Of a stretch of DNA of 64,000 nt, positions 1 through 9,055 are shown piece by piece. Under the pieces are notes generated by a model. That model was not told the DNA's origin. It searched no databases and saw only the letters and a program-made list of their open reading frames with translations. The first letter of the stretch is position 1, and the number at the start of each line of letters is the position of its first letter. The DNA lies in NCBI GenBank assembly GCA_016280725.1, contig JAEEHF010000049.1, forward strand, positions 5,542 through 69,541, given 5' to 3'. The DNA comes from Bacillota bacterium (GTDB lineage: Bacteria; Bacillota; Clostridia; TANB77; UBA1234). The position numbers and the translations under genes are program-made.

Positions 1-147
1 AATAATCGCTATTACACAAGTCCACACCATATTTGTGCTTCCAAAATACGGTGAGAGAACTCTTGATGCAGCAAGTTCAAGAACCATCCCAACCGCATCA
101 ACGATAAAAAGTGTTATTTCATATTTATAATTTTTTATTTTTTCCAT
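1..147 (-). CDS. N-terminal fragment (continues off the left edge) of a spermidine-synthase-like / fused MFS-spermidine synthase family membrane protein
   Basis: ATG at 147 with a GAGGTG RBS just upstream, directly after the ruvB stop. My translation is MEKIKNYKYEITLFIVDAVGMVLELAASRVLSPYFGSTNMVWTCVIAII, which carries the LE..SR.L.PYFG.S..VWT motif typical of that family. It is not in the ORF track because it is truncated. Confidence 0.45.
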   Translation of the reverse strand, partial: MEKIKNYKYEITLFIVDAVGMVLELAASRVLSPYFGSTNMVWTCVIAII

Positions 148-154
148 AATCACC

Positions 155-1192
155 TCAGAAAATAGCAGTCTGATCTGAACTTTCTTCTTTATTGTTAAAT
201 TTTATTCCTAAATGTTCGTACGCTCCAGGAGTAGCCATTCTACCTCTTGGAGTTCTGTTTATAAAACCAATTTGCATTAAATATGGTTCAATAACATCTT
301 CAACCGTGTCAACATCTTCACCAACAATCGAAGCTATTGTGTCCAAACCTACTGGACCACCAGCAAAATTTTTGATAATTGTTTCAAGATATTTTTTATC
401 GTTGTTATCTAAGCCAATTTCATCAACTTCCAAACTATTTAATGCCATATCAGCAACTTCATCTGTAATTACACCATCATTTTTTACTTGTGCAAAATCT
501 CTTACCCTTTTTAATAACCTATTTGCAATTCTAGGAGTTCCACGGCTTCTTGAAGCTATTTCTTCTGCACCTTTATCTGTAATCTCAATATTTAATATTC
601 CAGCAGATCTCTTTACAATAGACTTAAGTTGCTCTGTTGTATACATTTCAAGACGATTAATAATTCCAAATCTATCTCTAAGTGGAGATGATAAACTCCC
701 AGCTTTTGTTGTGGCTCCTATAAGCGTAAACTTTGGAAGATCTAGTCTTATTGAACGAGCACTCGGGCCTTTTCCAATAATTATATCTAACGAAAAATCT
801 TCCATCGCTGGATAAAGTATTTCTTCAACGCTTCTATTTAGTCTATGAATTTCATCAATAAATAAAACATCTCCTGGGTTTAAATTCGTAAGAAGCGCAG
901 CTAAATCTCCTTGTTTTTCAATAGCTGGGCCTGATGTAATCCTTATATTGGCTCCCATCTCATTTGCTATTATTGCAGAAAGTGTTGTTTTTCCAAGTCC
1001 TGGAGGTCCATATAAAAGTGTGTGGTCAAGAGGTTCTTCTCTTTGCTTGGCTGCCTCAATATATATTTTTAGATTTTCTTTAATCTTATCTTGTCCAACG
1101 TAATCTTCCAGCTTTTTTGGTCTTAAGCTATTTTCTATTTCATTGTCCTCTGTCGATAAACCTGGGCAAATAATTCTTTCATCTTCATCCAT
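155..1192 (-). CDS. ruvB: Holliday junction branch-migration helicase RuvB
   Basis: 345 aa with Walker [10 protein letters not shown], Walker [10 protein letters not shown] and a full-length RuvB-like architecture. Confidence 0.97.
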   Translation of the reverse strand: MDEDERIICPGLSTEDNEIENSLRPKKLEDYVGQDKIKENLKIYIEAAKQREEPLDHTLLYGPPGLGKTTLSAIIANEMGANIRITSGPAIEKQGDLAALLTNLNPGDVLFIDEIHRLNRSVEEILYPAMEDFSLDIIIGKGPSARSIRLDLPKFTLIGATTKAGSLSSPLRDRFGIINRLEMYTTEQLKSIVKRSAGILNIEITDKGAEEIASRSRGTPRIANRLLKRVRDFAQVKNDGVITDEVADMALNSLEVDEIGLDNNDKKYLETIIKNFAGGPVGLDTIASIVGEDVDTVEDVIEPYLMQIGFINRTPRGRMATPGAYEHLGIKFNNKEESSDQTAIF

Positions 1193-1204
1193 CGTATTAC
1201 CTCA

Positions 1205-2047
1205 CTACTTTTTTTCATCTATAGTTCCCTGTTTATTTCTTACAAAAAGAATGATAAATAATATTAAAAAAACAAATACTAAAACTGCAGAAAGAAGTTG
1301 AGAAACTCTGATATCAGTATTCCATATATAAAGAGAATCAGTTCTTAAACCCTCGATGAAAAATCTTGATATTCCATACAAAATAAAATATAAAGACATT
1401 ATTTCACCTGAGAACTTCTTTTTCTTATAAAGAACAGAAAGCAAAACAAAAATCAAAAATGTACATATAGATTCATATAAGAAAGTTGGATGAACATATT
1501 CGTATGCGCCTGATGACGTATTATATATGCCCATCTTTAAAAACGAATTTGTTTCACTGCCATATGCTTCTCTATTAACAAAGTTTCCCCATCTACCTAT
1601 TGACTGACAAAGAGCAACATATGGGAGTACAAAATCTGCGACTTCAAAAATACTAACCTTTTTTATTTTGCAGTAAATTGCTCCTGAAACAAATCCCCCA
1701 ATTATTCCACCATATATAGCAAGACCACCATTCCAGATTTTGAAAATATCGAGCAAATTGCTACCATAAAAATCCCAATGAAAAATACAATAATATAGCC
1801 TAGCACATATTACTCCACAAGGAAGCATTATTAGTACTAAATCGATTATAAAGTCCCATGATAGTTTTCTTGAAGATTTATCAATTTGACTCATATTATT
1901 AATTTTTCTGTATGCAAGAATTAATGATAGTACTATTCCAGACATGATAATAATGCCATACCAATAAATTGATTTTTCACCAATAGTAAATGCGACATTA
2001 TTAATGTTTGCTTCTATGCCTAAATTAGGAAACAAAATTGGTTTCAT
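1205..2047 (-). CDS. lgt: Prolipoprotein diacylglyceryl transferase
   Basis: 280 aa polytopic membrane protein with the Lgt signature GRWGNFVNREAYG. Confidence 0.9.
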   Translation of the reverse strand: MKPILFPNLGIEANINNVAFTIGEKSIYWYGIIIMSGIVLSLILAYRKINNMSQIDKSSRKLSWDFIIDLVLIMLPCGVICARLYYCIFHWDFYGSNLLDIFKIWNGGLAIYGGIIGGFVSGAIYCKIKKVSIFEVADFVLPYVALCQSIGRWGNFVNREAYGSETNSFLKMGIYNTSSGAYEYVHPTFLYESICTFLIFVLLSVLYKKKKFSGEIMSLYFILYGISRFFIEGLRTDSLYIWNTDIRVSQLLSAVLVFVFLILFIILFVRNKQGTIDEKK

Positions 2048-2074
2048 AATTTCTCCTTTTGTATAAGTATATTT

Positions 2075-3496
2075 TTAGTACTGAATTCCCCAAAGAACTA
2101 GATCTTTTGCATCTTTTCCACAAACTATACACTTAGTGTCAATCTTTTCTCCGTTTAAAATACATCTAGACTTAGTTCCACGTATTTCTTTCATTTTAAG
2201 TTCGCAAGCCTCGTCACCACACCACATGGCTTTAATAAATCCAGGATGATTATTTATAATATCCTCTACTTCAGATAGGTTGTGGCATTCATATGTCATT
2301 TTTTCTTTTCTAGCAAATGCTTTATCAAACATATCTTTTTGCATTGTTTCCATTAAATTGTTTGTATAACTTACAATATCTTCATCGACAGATACTTGGA
2401 ATTTTTCTTTTGTATCACGTCTTGCAACTGTTATTTGACCATTTTCTAAATCTCTTGGTCCAACTTCAATCCTAACTGGTATACCATTTACCTCTGCTTC
2501 TGCAAATTTAAATCCAGCTGATTTATCTGTATTATCTACATAGCAATCAATTCCTGCAGATGTTAATTTATTATATATTTCCTCAGTTACCTTGCTTACT
2601 TTCTCATCATCTTTTATTGGAATGATTGCAACTTTTGTTGGAGCAATTCTTGGTGGAAGAACAAGTCCATCATCATCGCTATGAACCATGATTAAAGCAC
2701 CAATCATTCTTGTAGTTGTTCCCCAGGATGTTTGATAAACATATTCAAGCTCATTATTTTTATTTAAGAATTGAATGTTATATGCTTCTGCAAATTTTTG
2801 CCCAAAATAATGACTTGTTGCAGATTGTAGAGCAACACCATTGTACATTAACGCTTCAACAGTTAATGTATATTCTGCTCCAGCAAACTTTTCTTTTTCT
2901 GTTTTTCTACCAGTCATTACTGGGATTGCTAGATAGTTCTCATAGAAATCTTTATAAACATTTAGCATTTGAAGTGTTTCTGCCTCTGCTTCTTCAGCTG
3001 TTGCATGAATTGTATGACCTTCTTGCCATAAGAATTCTCTGCTTCTTAAAAATGGTCTTGTTTCTTTTTCCCATCTAACAACGTTTGCCCACTGGTTATA
3101 TTTTAGAGGCAAGTCTCTATATGATTTAACCTTTTGAGAATAGTAATCACTAAATAAAGTTTCACTTGTAGGTCTAACACATAGCCTTTCTTCAAGTTCT
3201 TTTTCACCACCATGAGTTACCCAAGCTACTTCTGGAGCAAATCCATTAATTAGTTCTCCCTCTTTTTTCATTAATGACTCTGGAATAAAAATTGGAAGAT
3301 ACACATTCTTGTGTCCTGTCTTTTTAAACATGTCATCCAGAGTTCTTTGCATTTTTTCCCAAATAGCGTATCCATTTGGTTCAAATATTGTACATCCTTT
3401 TACAGATGAATAATCACAAAGATGTGCTGCCATAACAACATCTGTATACCATTTGGCAAAATCCACATCTCTACTTGTAATAGCTTTATTAGCCAT
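2075..3496 (-). CDS. proS: Proline--tRNA ligase (short archaeal/eukaryote-like type without INS editing domain)
   Basis: 473 aa with class II aaRS motifs, a ProRS-like anticodon-binding region and a C-terminal Zn-binding domain (CGDEAC ... CIVCG). Confidence 0.93.
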   Translation of the reverse strand: MANKAITSRDVDFAKWYTDVVMAAHLCDYSSVKGCTIFEPNGYAIWEKMQRTLDDMFKKTGHKNVYLPIFIPESLMKKEGELINGFAPEVAWVTHGGEKELEERLCVRPTSETLFSDYYSQKVKSYRDLPLKYNQWANVVRWEKETRPFLRSREFLWQEGHTIHATAEEAEAETLQMLNVYKDFYENYLAIPVMTGRKTEKEKFAGAEYTLTVEALMYNGVALQSATSHYFGQKFAEAYNIQFLNKNNELEYVYQTSWGTTTRMIGALIMVHSDDDGLVLPPRIAPTKVAIIPIKDDEKVSKVTEEIYNKLTSAGIDCYVDNTDKSAGFKFAEAEVNGIPVRIEVGPRDLENGQITVARRDTKEKFQVSVDEDIVSYTNNLMETMQKDMFDKAFARKEKMTYECHNLSEVEDIINNHPGFIKAMWCGDEACELKMKEIRGTKSRCILNGEKIDTKCIVCGKDAKDLVLWGIQY

Positions 3497-3520
3497 AAAT
3501 ATCGCTTCCTTTTATATTTT

Positions 3521-4822
3521 TTATTCTATTGGCATTACTACTGATACTGCCATATTGTTAAAATCAAAATGATCTTTTAGTACTTCTTCAACATATTCCT
3601 TTTCAATTGTTTTATATGCATCCAAAAACGAGAATGAGTTGATTCCTTTAAAATAGTCGGAAACAAAAGCTCTTGCCATACTTGTCGAATCATTAAATGT
3701 TCTAACATATCCTCCATATAGCTTTTTCTTCGTTCTATTGAATTCTTCATCATTTAATCCATTTTGTTTTAACTCTTCTATTTCTTTTTTTATTCTATCA
3801 ACTACCCTATCAACGTTAGAGCTTTCAAAACTAAATGCACTAAACGCATAGTCTTCTTCAAATTCATATTCTGTACCTATAGACTTCGTGATAGTTCCAT
3901 CTTGATATAGTTCTTCAAATACTTTTGAGCTGTCTCCTGCAATCATTGCAAGTAAAATCTCTATTGCAACGTCTCTTTTTACTAGGTCAAAATTATCCTC
4001 ACTATATCCTGCTTTTCTTAGTCTATTTGCCTTAACATCTTTAAAGCCAATTGCTGCCATAGGAATACTAACATCCATTTTCTTTGATACCCTTGCCTCA
4101 AAAACTCCCGGAGTAATCTCACCATAGTACCTTTCGATTTCAGATTTTTCTTCTTGGCTTTTAACAGACTTTTTAACCTTATCTATAATCGCAGTCGGAT
4201 CAACATCACCAGAAACACATATAACCATATTTGAAGGGTCATAGAAAGTGTTATAACATCTATATAATATTTCTGGCGTTATTTCACTAATAGATTCAAC
4301 TGTTCCAGCAATATCTTTTGTCACTGCATGATTATCACCATAAAGTGCATGAAGTAAGTTAAAGTACACTTGCCAATCGGGGTCATCATCATACATTCTA
4401 ATTTCTTGGGCAATAATACCTTTTTCTTTTTCAACATTTTGCTCAGTTAAATATGGATTTTGAACAAATGATAAAAGCAAATCAAATGCCTCATCAAATC
4501 TTGAATTGCAACTAAAAAGATATGCTGTATGATTAAACGAGGTGTATGCATTAGCATTAGCTCCAATTTTTGAAAGCTTGTCTAATGCGTTGACGTCATC
4601 TTCTTCTTCAAAAAGTTTATGCTCCAAAAAATGTGCTACCCCATCGGGGACCTGAGTCACTTCAGTCTCACCTGGTGCTTTAAACTTGAAATTTAAAGAA
4701 CCAAAATGAGTTGCATACGTTGCATAATAATTTGTAGCACCTTTTTTAGGAATAACAATCACATCAAGTCCATTATCTAAATGTTCAAAGTATAATTTTT
4801 CATTTAGCTTTTCTTGTACCAT
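3521..4822 (-). CDS. M16 (pitrilysin/insulinase) family zinc peptidase, catalytic subunit type
   Basis: Contains the HxxEH zinc motif (HFLEHKLFE). I place the start at MVQEKL (ATG 4822, AAAGGA RBS). The track start at 4864 reads into the intergenic repeat region. Confidence 0.85.
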   Translation of the reverse strand: MVQEKLNEKLYFEHLDNGLDVIVIPKKGATNYYATYATHFGSLNFKFKAPGETEVTQVPDGVAHFLEHKLFEEEDDVNALDKLSKIGANANAYTSFNHTAYLFSCNSRFDEAFDLLLSFVQNPYLTEQNVEKEKGIIAQEIRMYDDDPDWQVYFNLLHALYGDNHAVTKDIAGTVESISEITPEILYRCYNTFYDPSNMVICVSGDVDPTAIIDKVKKSVKSQEEKSEIERYYGEITPGVFEARVSKKMDVSIPMAAIGFKDVKANRLRKAGYSEDNFDLVKRDVAIEILLAMIAGDSSKVFEELYQDGTITKSIGTEYEFEEDYAFSAFSFESSNVDRVVDRIKKEIEELKQNGLNDEEFNRTKKKLYGGYVRTFNDSTSMARAFVSDYFKGINSFSFLDAYKTIEKEYVEEVLKDHFDFNNMAVSVVMPIE

Positions 4823-4890
4823 TATTATTGTTCCTTTCATTTTTACGTGACGCACACTTAGCACTGATACGAATATTATTTCCGTAGTTC

Positions 4891-4938
4891 AAAAAGGGTA
4901 CGCCCCTTTCCCTTCGGGCAAGGGACATCCCCATTTTT
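4891..4938. repeat. Dispersed GC-rich hairpin element, family 1, copy A (AAAAAGGGTACGC-hairpin-ACATCCCCATTTTT)
   Basis: Read directly from the sequence. The same termini recur at 24128-24164 and, reverse-complemented, at 25398-25447. Confidence 0.85.
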
Positions 4939-4968
4939 CAACCACTTGTGCGTCGCTACGAATAATAT

Positions 4969-6246
4969 TTATTTTGTCAAAAAATACGATAGTTCAAGTC
5001 GCAATCTCTTGGCAACATCTATTATATCTTCTTTTGTAACCTTATTTATTTCTTCAATAGTTTTTGAAATTTCTTCGGTAATACCAAGTAACCTTTGTCC
5101 TACACTCCAACCAATTAAAGCCGATTGTGAATCATTATATGATTTAAATCTTGTAGCTAGATTTACTTTGGCGTCATTTACTTCTACATCGCTAATATTT
5201 CCATTTAACATATCGTCAACTTCTTTTAGGATACACTCTTTGGCTATATCGAAGTTTTCATTTTCTATGCCAGCGCTTATAAATAACGCTCCTATATGTT
5301 TTACGTACTGAGAACGAATAGTATATGCTAAGCTCTTCTTTTCTCTAACATTATTAAATAATTTTGAACTTGCTGTTCCGCCTAATATTGCGTTATAAAC
5401 AGCCATCTTATAAAACTCTTTTTTTACGTCTTCGGTTTCAAGCATATATCCAAGTACTAGTTTTCCCTGCATTACGTCTTGTCTATCTATTACTTCTGAT
5501 AAGCTTTTTTTCTCGTGACTTACCGACACCTTACCATTGCTATCATATTCTCTATTAATTCCCGAATAATACTTCTTAAATAATTCTTCTGCTTCTTCAG
5601 AAGTTAAATTTCCTGAAACATAGATATGGAACGTAGATTTTTTAATAATTTTTTTGTATTGCTCATATAACTCACTAGGCGTGATACCATCTAAATCTTC
5701 TTCACATCCATATTTATATAGTCCATATGGTTCATTTTTAAACATTTCTTCAACAGCTCTATCATTAGCATATTCAGCTTTGTCATTAATTTTAGAGCTA
5801 ATAATTTCACGAAGCGTTTCTTTTTCTTGAGAAACAAATTCTTCTTTAAATGCACCGTTTTCGATTATAGGATTTAAAATAATGTCAGATATTAGTGAAA
5901 CAGCGTCAGCAAACACGTTGCTTTGTTCTAGAGTGTATTCATCTGAAATAGTATCCATAATAAACTGCATTAGCGTCTGATCACCAATTTTATCTGTTGC
6001 TGCATCAAATGATGCACCATACATATTTTCAAGTTTTACAGATATTTCTTTCATGCTAGGGTAATGAACAGAACCTCGTCTTAAAACAAGGGGTATAAGT
6101 GCATTTTTAGTCACATCTTCTCTAGTTAAATCTGTTAAAATACTTACCACTAGATTATTCGTTTTAAATTTATCCGTATTCATTACATGAAGATATATGC
6201 CATCATTTAAGACTATATCTGTCGTTTTCTCTGCTTGATTATTCAA
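4969..6246 (-). CDS. M16 family peptidase homologue, probably the non-catalytic partner subunit
   Basis: 425 aa with M16-like length and C-terminal domain features. No HxxEH is seen at the expected N-terminal position. It is adjacent to and co-directional with the catalytic-type M16 gene. Confidence 0.75.
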   Translation of the reverse strand: MNNQAEKTTDIVLNDGIYLHVMNTDKFKTNNLVVSILTDLTREDVTKNALIPLVLRRGSVHYPSMKEISVKLENMYGASFDAATDKIGDQTLMQFIMDTISDEYTLEQSNVFADAVSLISDIILNPIIENGAFKEEFVSQEKETLREIISSKINDKAEYANDRAVEEMFKNEPYGLYKYGCEEDLDGITPSELYEQYKKIIKKSTFHIYVSGNLTSEEAEELFKKYYSGINREYDSNGKVSVSHEKKSLSEVIDRQDVMQGKLVLGYMLETEDVKKEFYKMAVYNAILGGTASSKLFNNVREKKSLAYTIRSQYVKHIGALFISAGIENENFDIAKECILKEVDDMLNGNISDVEVNDAKVNLATRFKSYNDSQSALIGWSVGQRLLGITEEISKTIEEINKVTKEDIIDVAKRLRLELSYFLTK

Positions 6247-6270
6247 AACTATCTTGCTCTCCTTTATATT

Positions 6271-7017
6271 TTATTCGTCATCTTTTAGTATCTTTGCAAT
6301 CTTTTTTGCTGGAGTACCTGGAAAAGATAAAATCATAGATTTATCCTCAATTATTTTATTCTTACGTATAGAAGCCTTAAGTCCTATATTGCAATTATTT
6401 CCAATCTCAGCACCTGGCATAATATATGCTTCTGCTCCAATTAGAGTATTGCTTCCAATTTTAATATTGCCCAAAATTAATTTATCACCTTCGAAGATGT
6501 GGCATGTTATGCTTGCATCTCCTCCAATTACAACATTGTCGCCAATTTCTAGAAGATAAGCATCGCTAAGTTTAGGGGAATTAATGAAGACGTTCTTTCC
6601 AATCTTTGCACCCAAAATCTTATAAAAAAGCCTATTCCAAATTGTTCCAGAAACATAAGGTAAAACCATATTTAAAAGTATTACATGAAGCCCAGAATAA
6701 ATAATCCATCTTGCAAAAGTAATAGAACCAGTCGAATATCTTCCCGGTTTAAAGCCAATTGTTAGAATCCTTTCAAATATGCCAAATACAATTACAGCAA
6801 TTACAAAAAACAAATAAATCGCTATACCAACGCATAAAGTAAATAAAAATACATTTAAGAACCCATTAAAAGGTAAAAACTTTGACATTTGGTACAAAAA
6901 TAGTCCTGATGGTGTCAAAGATAAACCAATGACTGCTCCATAAAACACATATGTAATAAGCGACAAAAGCGCATTACATATTGGATCTTCCATAAGTGCT
7001 GCAATTAATTTTTTCAT
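6271..7017 (-). CDS. Membrane-anchored hexapeptide-repeat (left-handed beta-helix) acyltransferase-like protein
   Basis: The N-terminal ~130 aa has several hydrophobic helices. The C-terminus has imperfect hexapeptide repeats (IGDNVVIGGDASI, IGSNTLIGAEAYI, IGNNCNIG). Confidence 0.6.
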   Translation of the reverse strand: MKKLIAALMEDPICNALLSLITYVFYGAVIGLSLTPSGLFLYQMSKFLPFNGFLNVFLFTLCVGIAIYLFFVIAVIVFGIFERILTIGFKPGRYSTGSITFARWIIYSGLHVILLNMVLPYVSGTIWNRLFYKILGAKIGKNVFINSPKLSDAYLLEIGDNVVIGGDASITCHIFEGDKLILGNIKIGSNTLIGAEAYIMPGAEIGNNCNIGLKASIRKNKIIEDKSMILSFPGTPAKKIAKILKDDE

Positions 7018-7151
7018 TTGTATCTCTCCCTTATACTACTTATATTGTTTTCTAAAATTAGGCGATATAAATTGCTTTTTCGATATATATAATACCAAAA
7101 AAAGCCTTAAATTTAAAGCAAAAAATTAGGTTTGTGACTTTTTTGTGAAAA

Positions 7152-7178
7152 TTAGCACTCTAATATTGACAGTGCTAA
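7152..7178 (+). promoter_or_regulatory. CIRCE operator (HrcA binding site)
   Basis: The site reads TTAGCACTC-taatattga-CAGTGCTAA, against consensus TTAGCACTC-N9-GAGTGCTAA (one mismatch). It overlaps the -35 of the hsp20 promoter. Confidence 0.85.
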
Positions 7179-7193
7179 TTTTTGATATATAAT
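7166..7193 (+). promoter_or_regulatory. Sigma-A type promoter of hsp20
   Basis: TTGACA (7166-7171), 16-nt spacer, TATAAT (7188-7193). Confidence 0.7.
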
Positions 7194-7348
7194 GTAGTTG
7201 TAAGTTAAATAAAAAGCGTTGAGTTACAAGCACTCTACCGCTTAACTTACAACTAAATTACCAAACACTATTTAGTATTATTTGAGCATGGTGTTAACTC
7301 AAATCTACTAAATAGCCGAATAAATAAACTATAGAAAGGATGATTTAT

Positions 7349-7789
7349 ATGTTTATGATACCTAGAAGAAACCACGATTTAGATTTATGGGATGATATTT
7401 TTGATGATCCATTTTGGGGTAATCACCATGCTTTTCCAAGACACGAAGAGACTAATTTAATGAAAACAGATATCAAGGAATTAAAGGACAAATTTGAAAT
7501 TACTATGGATTTACCTGGATATGAAAAAGAAAACATCGAAATGTCTATCGAGGATGGCTACCTTACAGTTCATGCTAAAACAGAGACCAAAAATGAAGAA
7601 AAAGATGATGGTAAGTTTGTCAGAAAAGAAAGATTCTTTGGAGAATGTTCAAGAAGCTTCTATGTTGGTGAAGATGTTACAGAAAATGATATTAAAGCAT
7701 CATTTAAGAACGGCACATTAAAGATTGATGTTCCAAAGAAAGAAGAAAAGAAAGCACTCCCAGAAAAGAAATTCATTACAATTGAATAA
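7349..7789 (+). CDS. Small heat shock protein, Hsp20/alpha-crystallin family
   Basis: Alpha-crystallin domain (DIKELKDKFEITMDLPGYEKENIEMSIEDGYLTV ... GTLKIDVPK). The start is chosen at ATG 7349, which is better spaced from the GAAAGGA RBS than the track start at 7340. Confidence 0.9.
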   Translation: MFMIPRRNHDLDLWDDIFDDPFWGNHHAFPRHEETNLMKTDIKELKDKFEITMDLPGYEKENIEMSIEDGYLTVHAKTETKNEEKDDGKFVRKERFFGECSRSFYVGEDVTENDIKASFKNGTLKIDVPKKEEKKALPEKKFITIE

Positions 7790-7795
7790 TCCCCT

Positions 7796-7830
7796 AAAAA
7801 ATGGTGGTCATTATTGACCACCATTTTTTT
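7796..7830. terminator. Bidirectional intrinsic terminator between the convergent hsp20 and cobW-like genes
   Basis: AAAAAATGGTGGTCA-ttat-TGACCACCATTTTTT, with an A-run and T-run on both sides. Confidence 0.8.
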
Positions 7831-7838
7831 ATTTTTAT

Positions 7839-9035
7839 TTATGCTAAAAGCTCGTTCATATCCTTTATAATTTGTTCCTTATTCATGTTTTTACCAATAA
7901 ATACAAGCTTTATCATCCTGTCGCCAACTTCTTCATCCCATTCTTTCATAGCGTCAGGTTGAGATTTTAAAATCATTTCTAATTCATTTTTAGGTGCAGT
8001 TGCAAGCCATAAACCAGATTCATTAAGTTTCATTTGCTTACCCGCTTGCTCAAATAAATATGACATATCATAATCATTTGCAAACCATACTAAACCTTTG
8101 CAACGAATTATTTCTTTTGGGAATTTTTTATTTACATAGTCCTCAAATTTCTTAGAGCTAAAAGGCTTTCTAGACATATATACAAATGTAGATATTCCAT
8201 ATTCTTCAGCTTCGCCTTCTTCTTCATTATGTTCATGGTCGTGATGATGTTCATGATGATGTTCATGCTCATCATGGTCATGATCATCATCGTCATCTTC
8301 AACTTCTTTATCTAACCCTTCAACCCATCCAGCAGACGCAGCAGTTTTTTCAAAATCAAAGTTATTTGTATCGATTACTGCTTTTATATCTACTTTTGCA
8401 TAATCTGCTTCTAAAATTCTAGCATTAGGCTGTAAGTTTCTAATAACAGCTTTAACTTCTTCGAGTTGTTCCTTTGAAACATCACTAACTTTATTTAAAA
8501 CTATTAAATTGCAAAACTCAATTTGTTGAATTAATAGATTTTCAATATCTTCTTCATCTAAGTTTTCTTTTTCAAGGTCTCTACCAGAACCAAATTCATC
8601 AACAAGCCTTAACGCATCAACAACTGTAACAACGTTATCTAGTCTACAGATTTTTCTACCAGCTTGCTTTTCAAGACTATCCTCTATGAAAGAAATAGTC
8701 TGAGCAATTGGAAGTGGCTCGCAAATGCCAGAAGCTTCAATCAAAATATAATCAAATTTTCCAGTTTTTAAAATACTAATTATTTGATTAACCAAATCCT
8801 CTTTTAATGTACAGCAGATGCATCCATTAGAAAGAGGAACTACATTTCCTTTATCTTCTTCTTTGATAAAACCACCATCTGCAATTAGTTTTGCATCAAT
8901 ATTTACTTCTCCAATATCATTTACAATTACAGCTACTTTGTAACCTTCTTGATTTGTTAATATATGATTCATTAGTGTTGTTTTTCCAGCGCCTAAGTAT
9001 CCTGTTAGCACTGTAATTGGTACTACTTTATTCAA
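7839..9035 (-). CDS. G3E-family (CobW/YciC/ZigA-like) metallochaperone GTPase with a His/Asp-rich insert
   Basis: P-loop GYLGAGKTT, the CxCC metal motif GCICCTL, and a DDDDDHDHDEHEHHHEHHHDHEH stretch between the GTPase and C-terminal domains. Confidence 0.85.
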   Translation of the reverse strand: MNKVVPITVLTGYLGAGKTTLMNHILTNQEGYKVAVIVNDIGEVNIDAKLIADGGFIKEEDKGNVVPLSNGCICCTLKEDLVNQIISILKTGKFDYILIEASGICEPLPIAQTISFIEDSLEKQAGRKICRLDNVVTVVDALRLVDEFGSGRDLEKENLDEEDIENLLIQQIEFCNLIVLNKVSDVSKEQLEEVKAVIRNLQPNARILEADYAKVDIKAVIDTNNFDFEKTAASAGWVEGLDKEVEDDDDDHDHDEHEHHHEHHHDHEHNEEEGEAEEYGISTFVYMSRKPFSSKKFEDYVNKKFPKEIIRCKGLVWFANDYDMSYLFEQAGKQMKLNESGLWLATAPKNELEMILKSQPDAMKEWDEEVGDRMIKLVFIGKNMNKEQIIKDMNELLA

Positions 9036-9055
9036 TTTATGCCTCCTAATTTATT

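Noticed and set aside
192-815. A 207-aa plus-strand ORF inside ruvB. Similar antisense ORFs occur inside well-supported genes, for example 2716-3078, 14037-14360, 22084-22419, 26821-27273, 46980-47342, 54801-55235 and 58667-59059.
   Set aside because: They lie fully antisense to genes with clear family motifs. Their translations are low-complexity (Ser/Leu/Ile/Phe-rich) sequences typical of the reverse strand of AT-rich coding DNA. They have no RBS and no recognisable motifs.
3497-3520. A T-box leader is expected upstream of proS.
   Set aside because: The spacer to the preceding M16 gene is only 24 nt. proS is evidently co-transcribed, and there is no room for a T-box of 200 nt or more.
8215-8300. 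The highly repetitive CAT/GAT-rich stretch in the cobW-like gene could be a sequencing artefact or a microsatellite.
   Set aside because: It is in frame and encodes a His/Asp/Glu-rich metal-binding insert, which is a known feature of G3E zinc chaperones.
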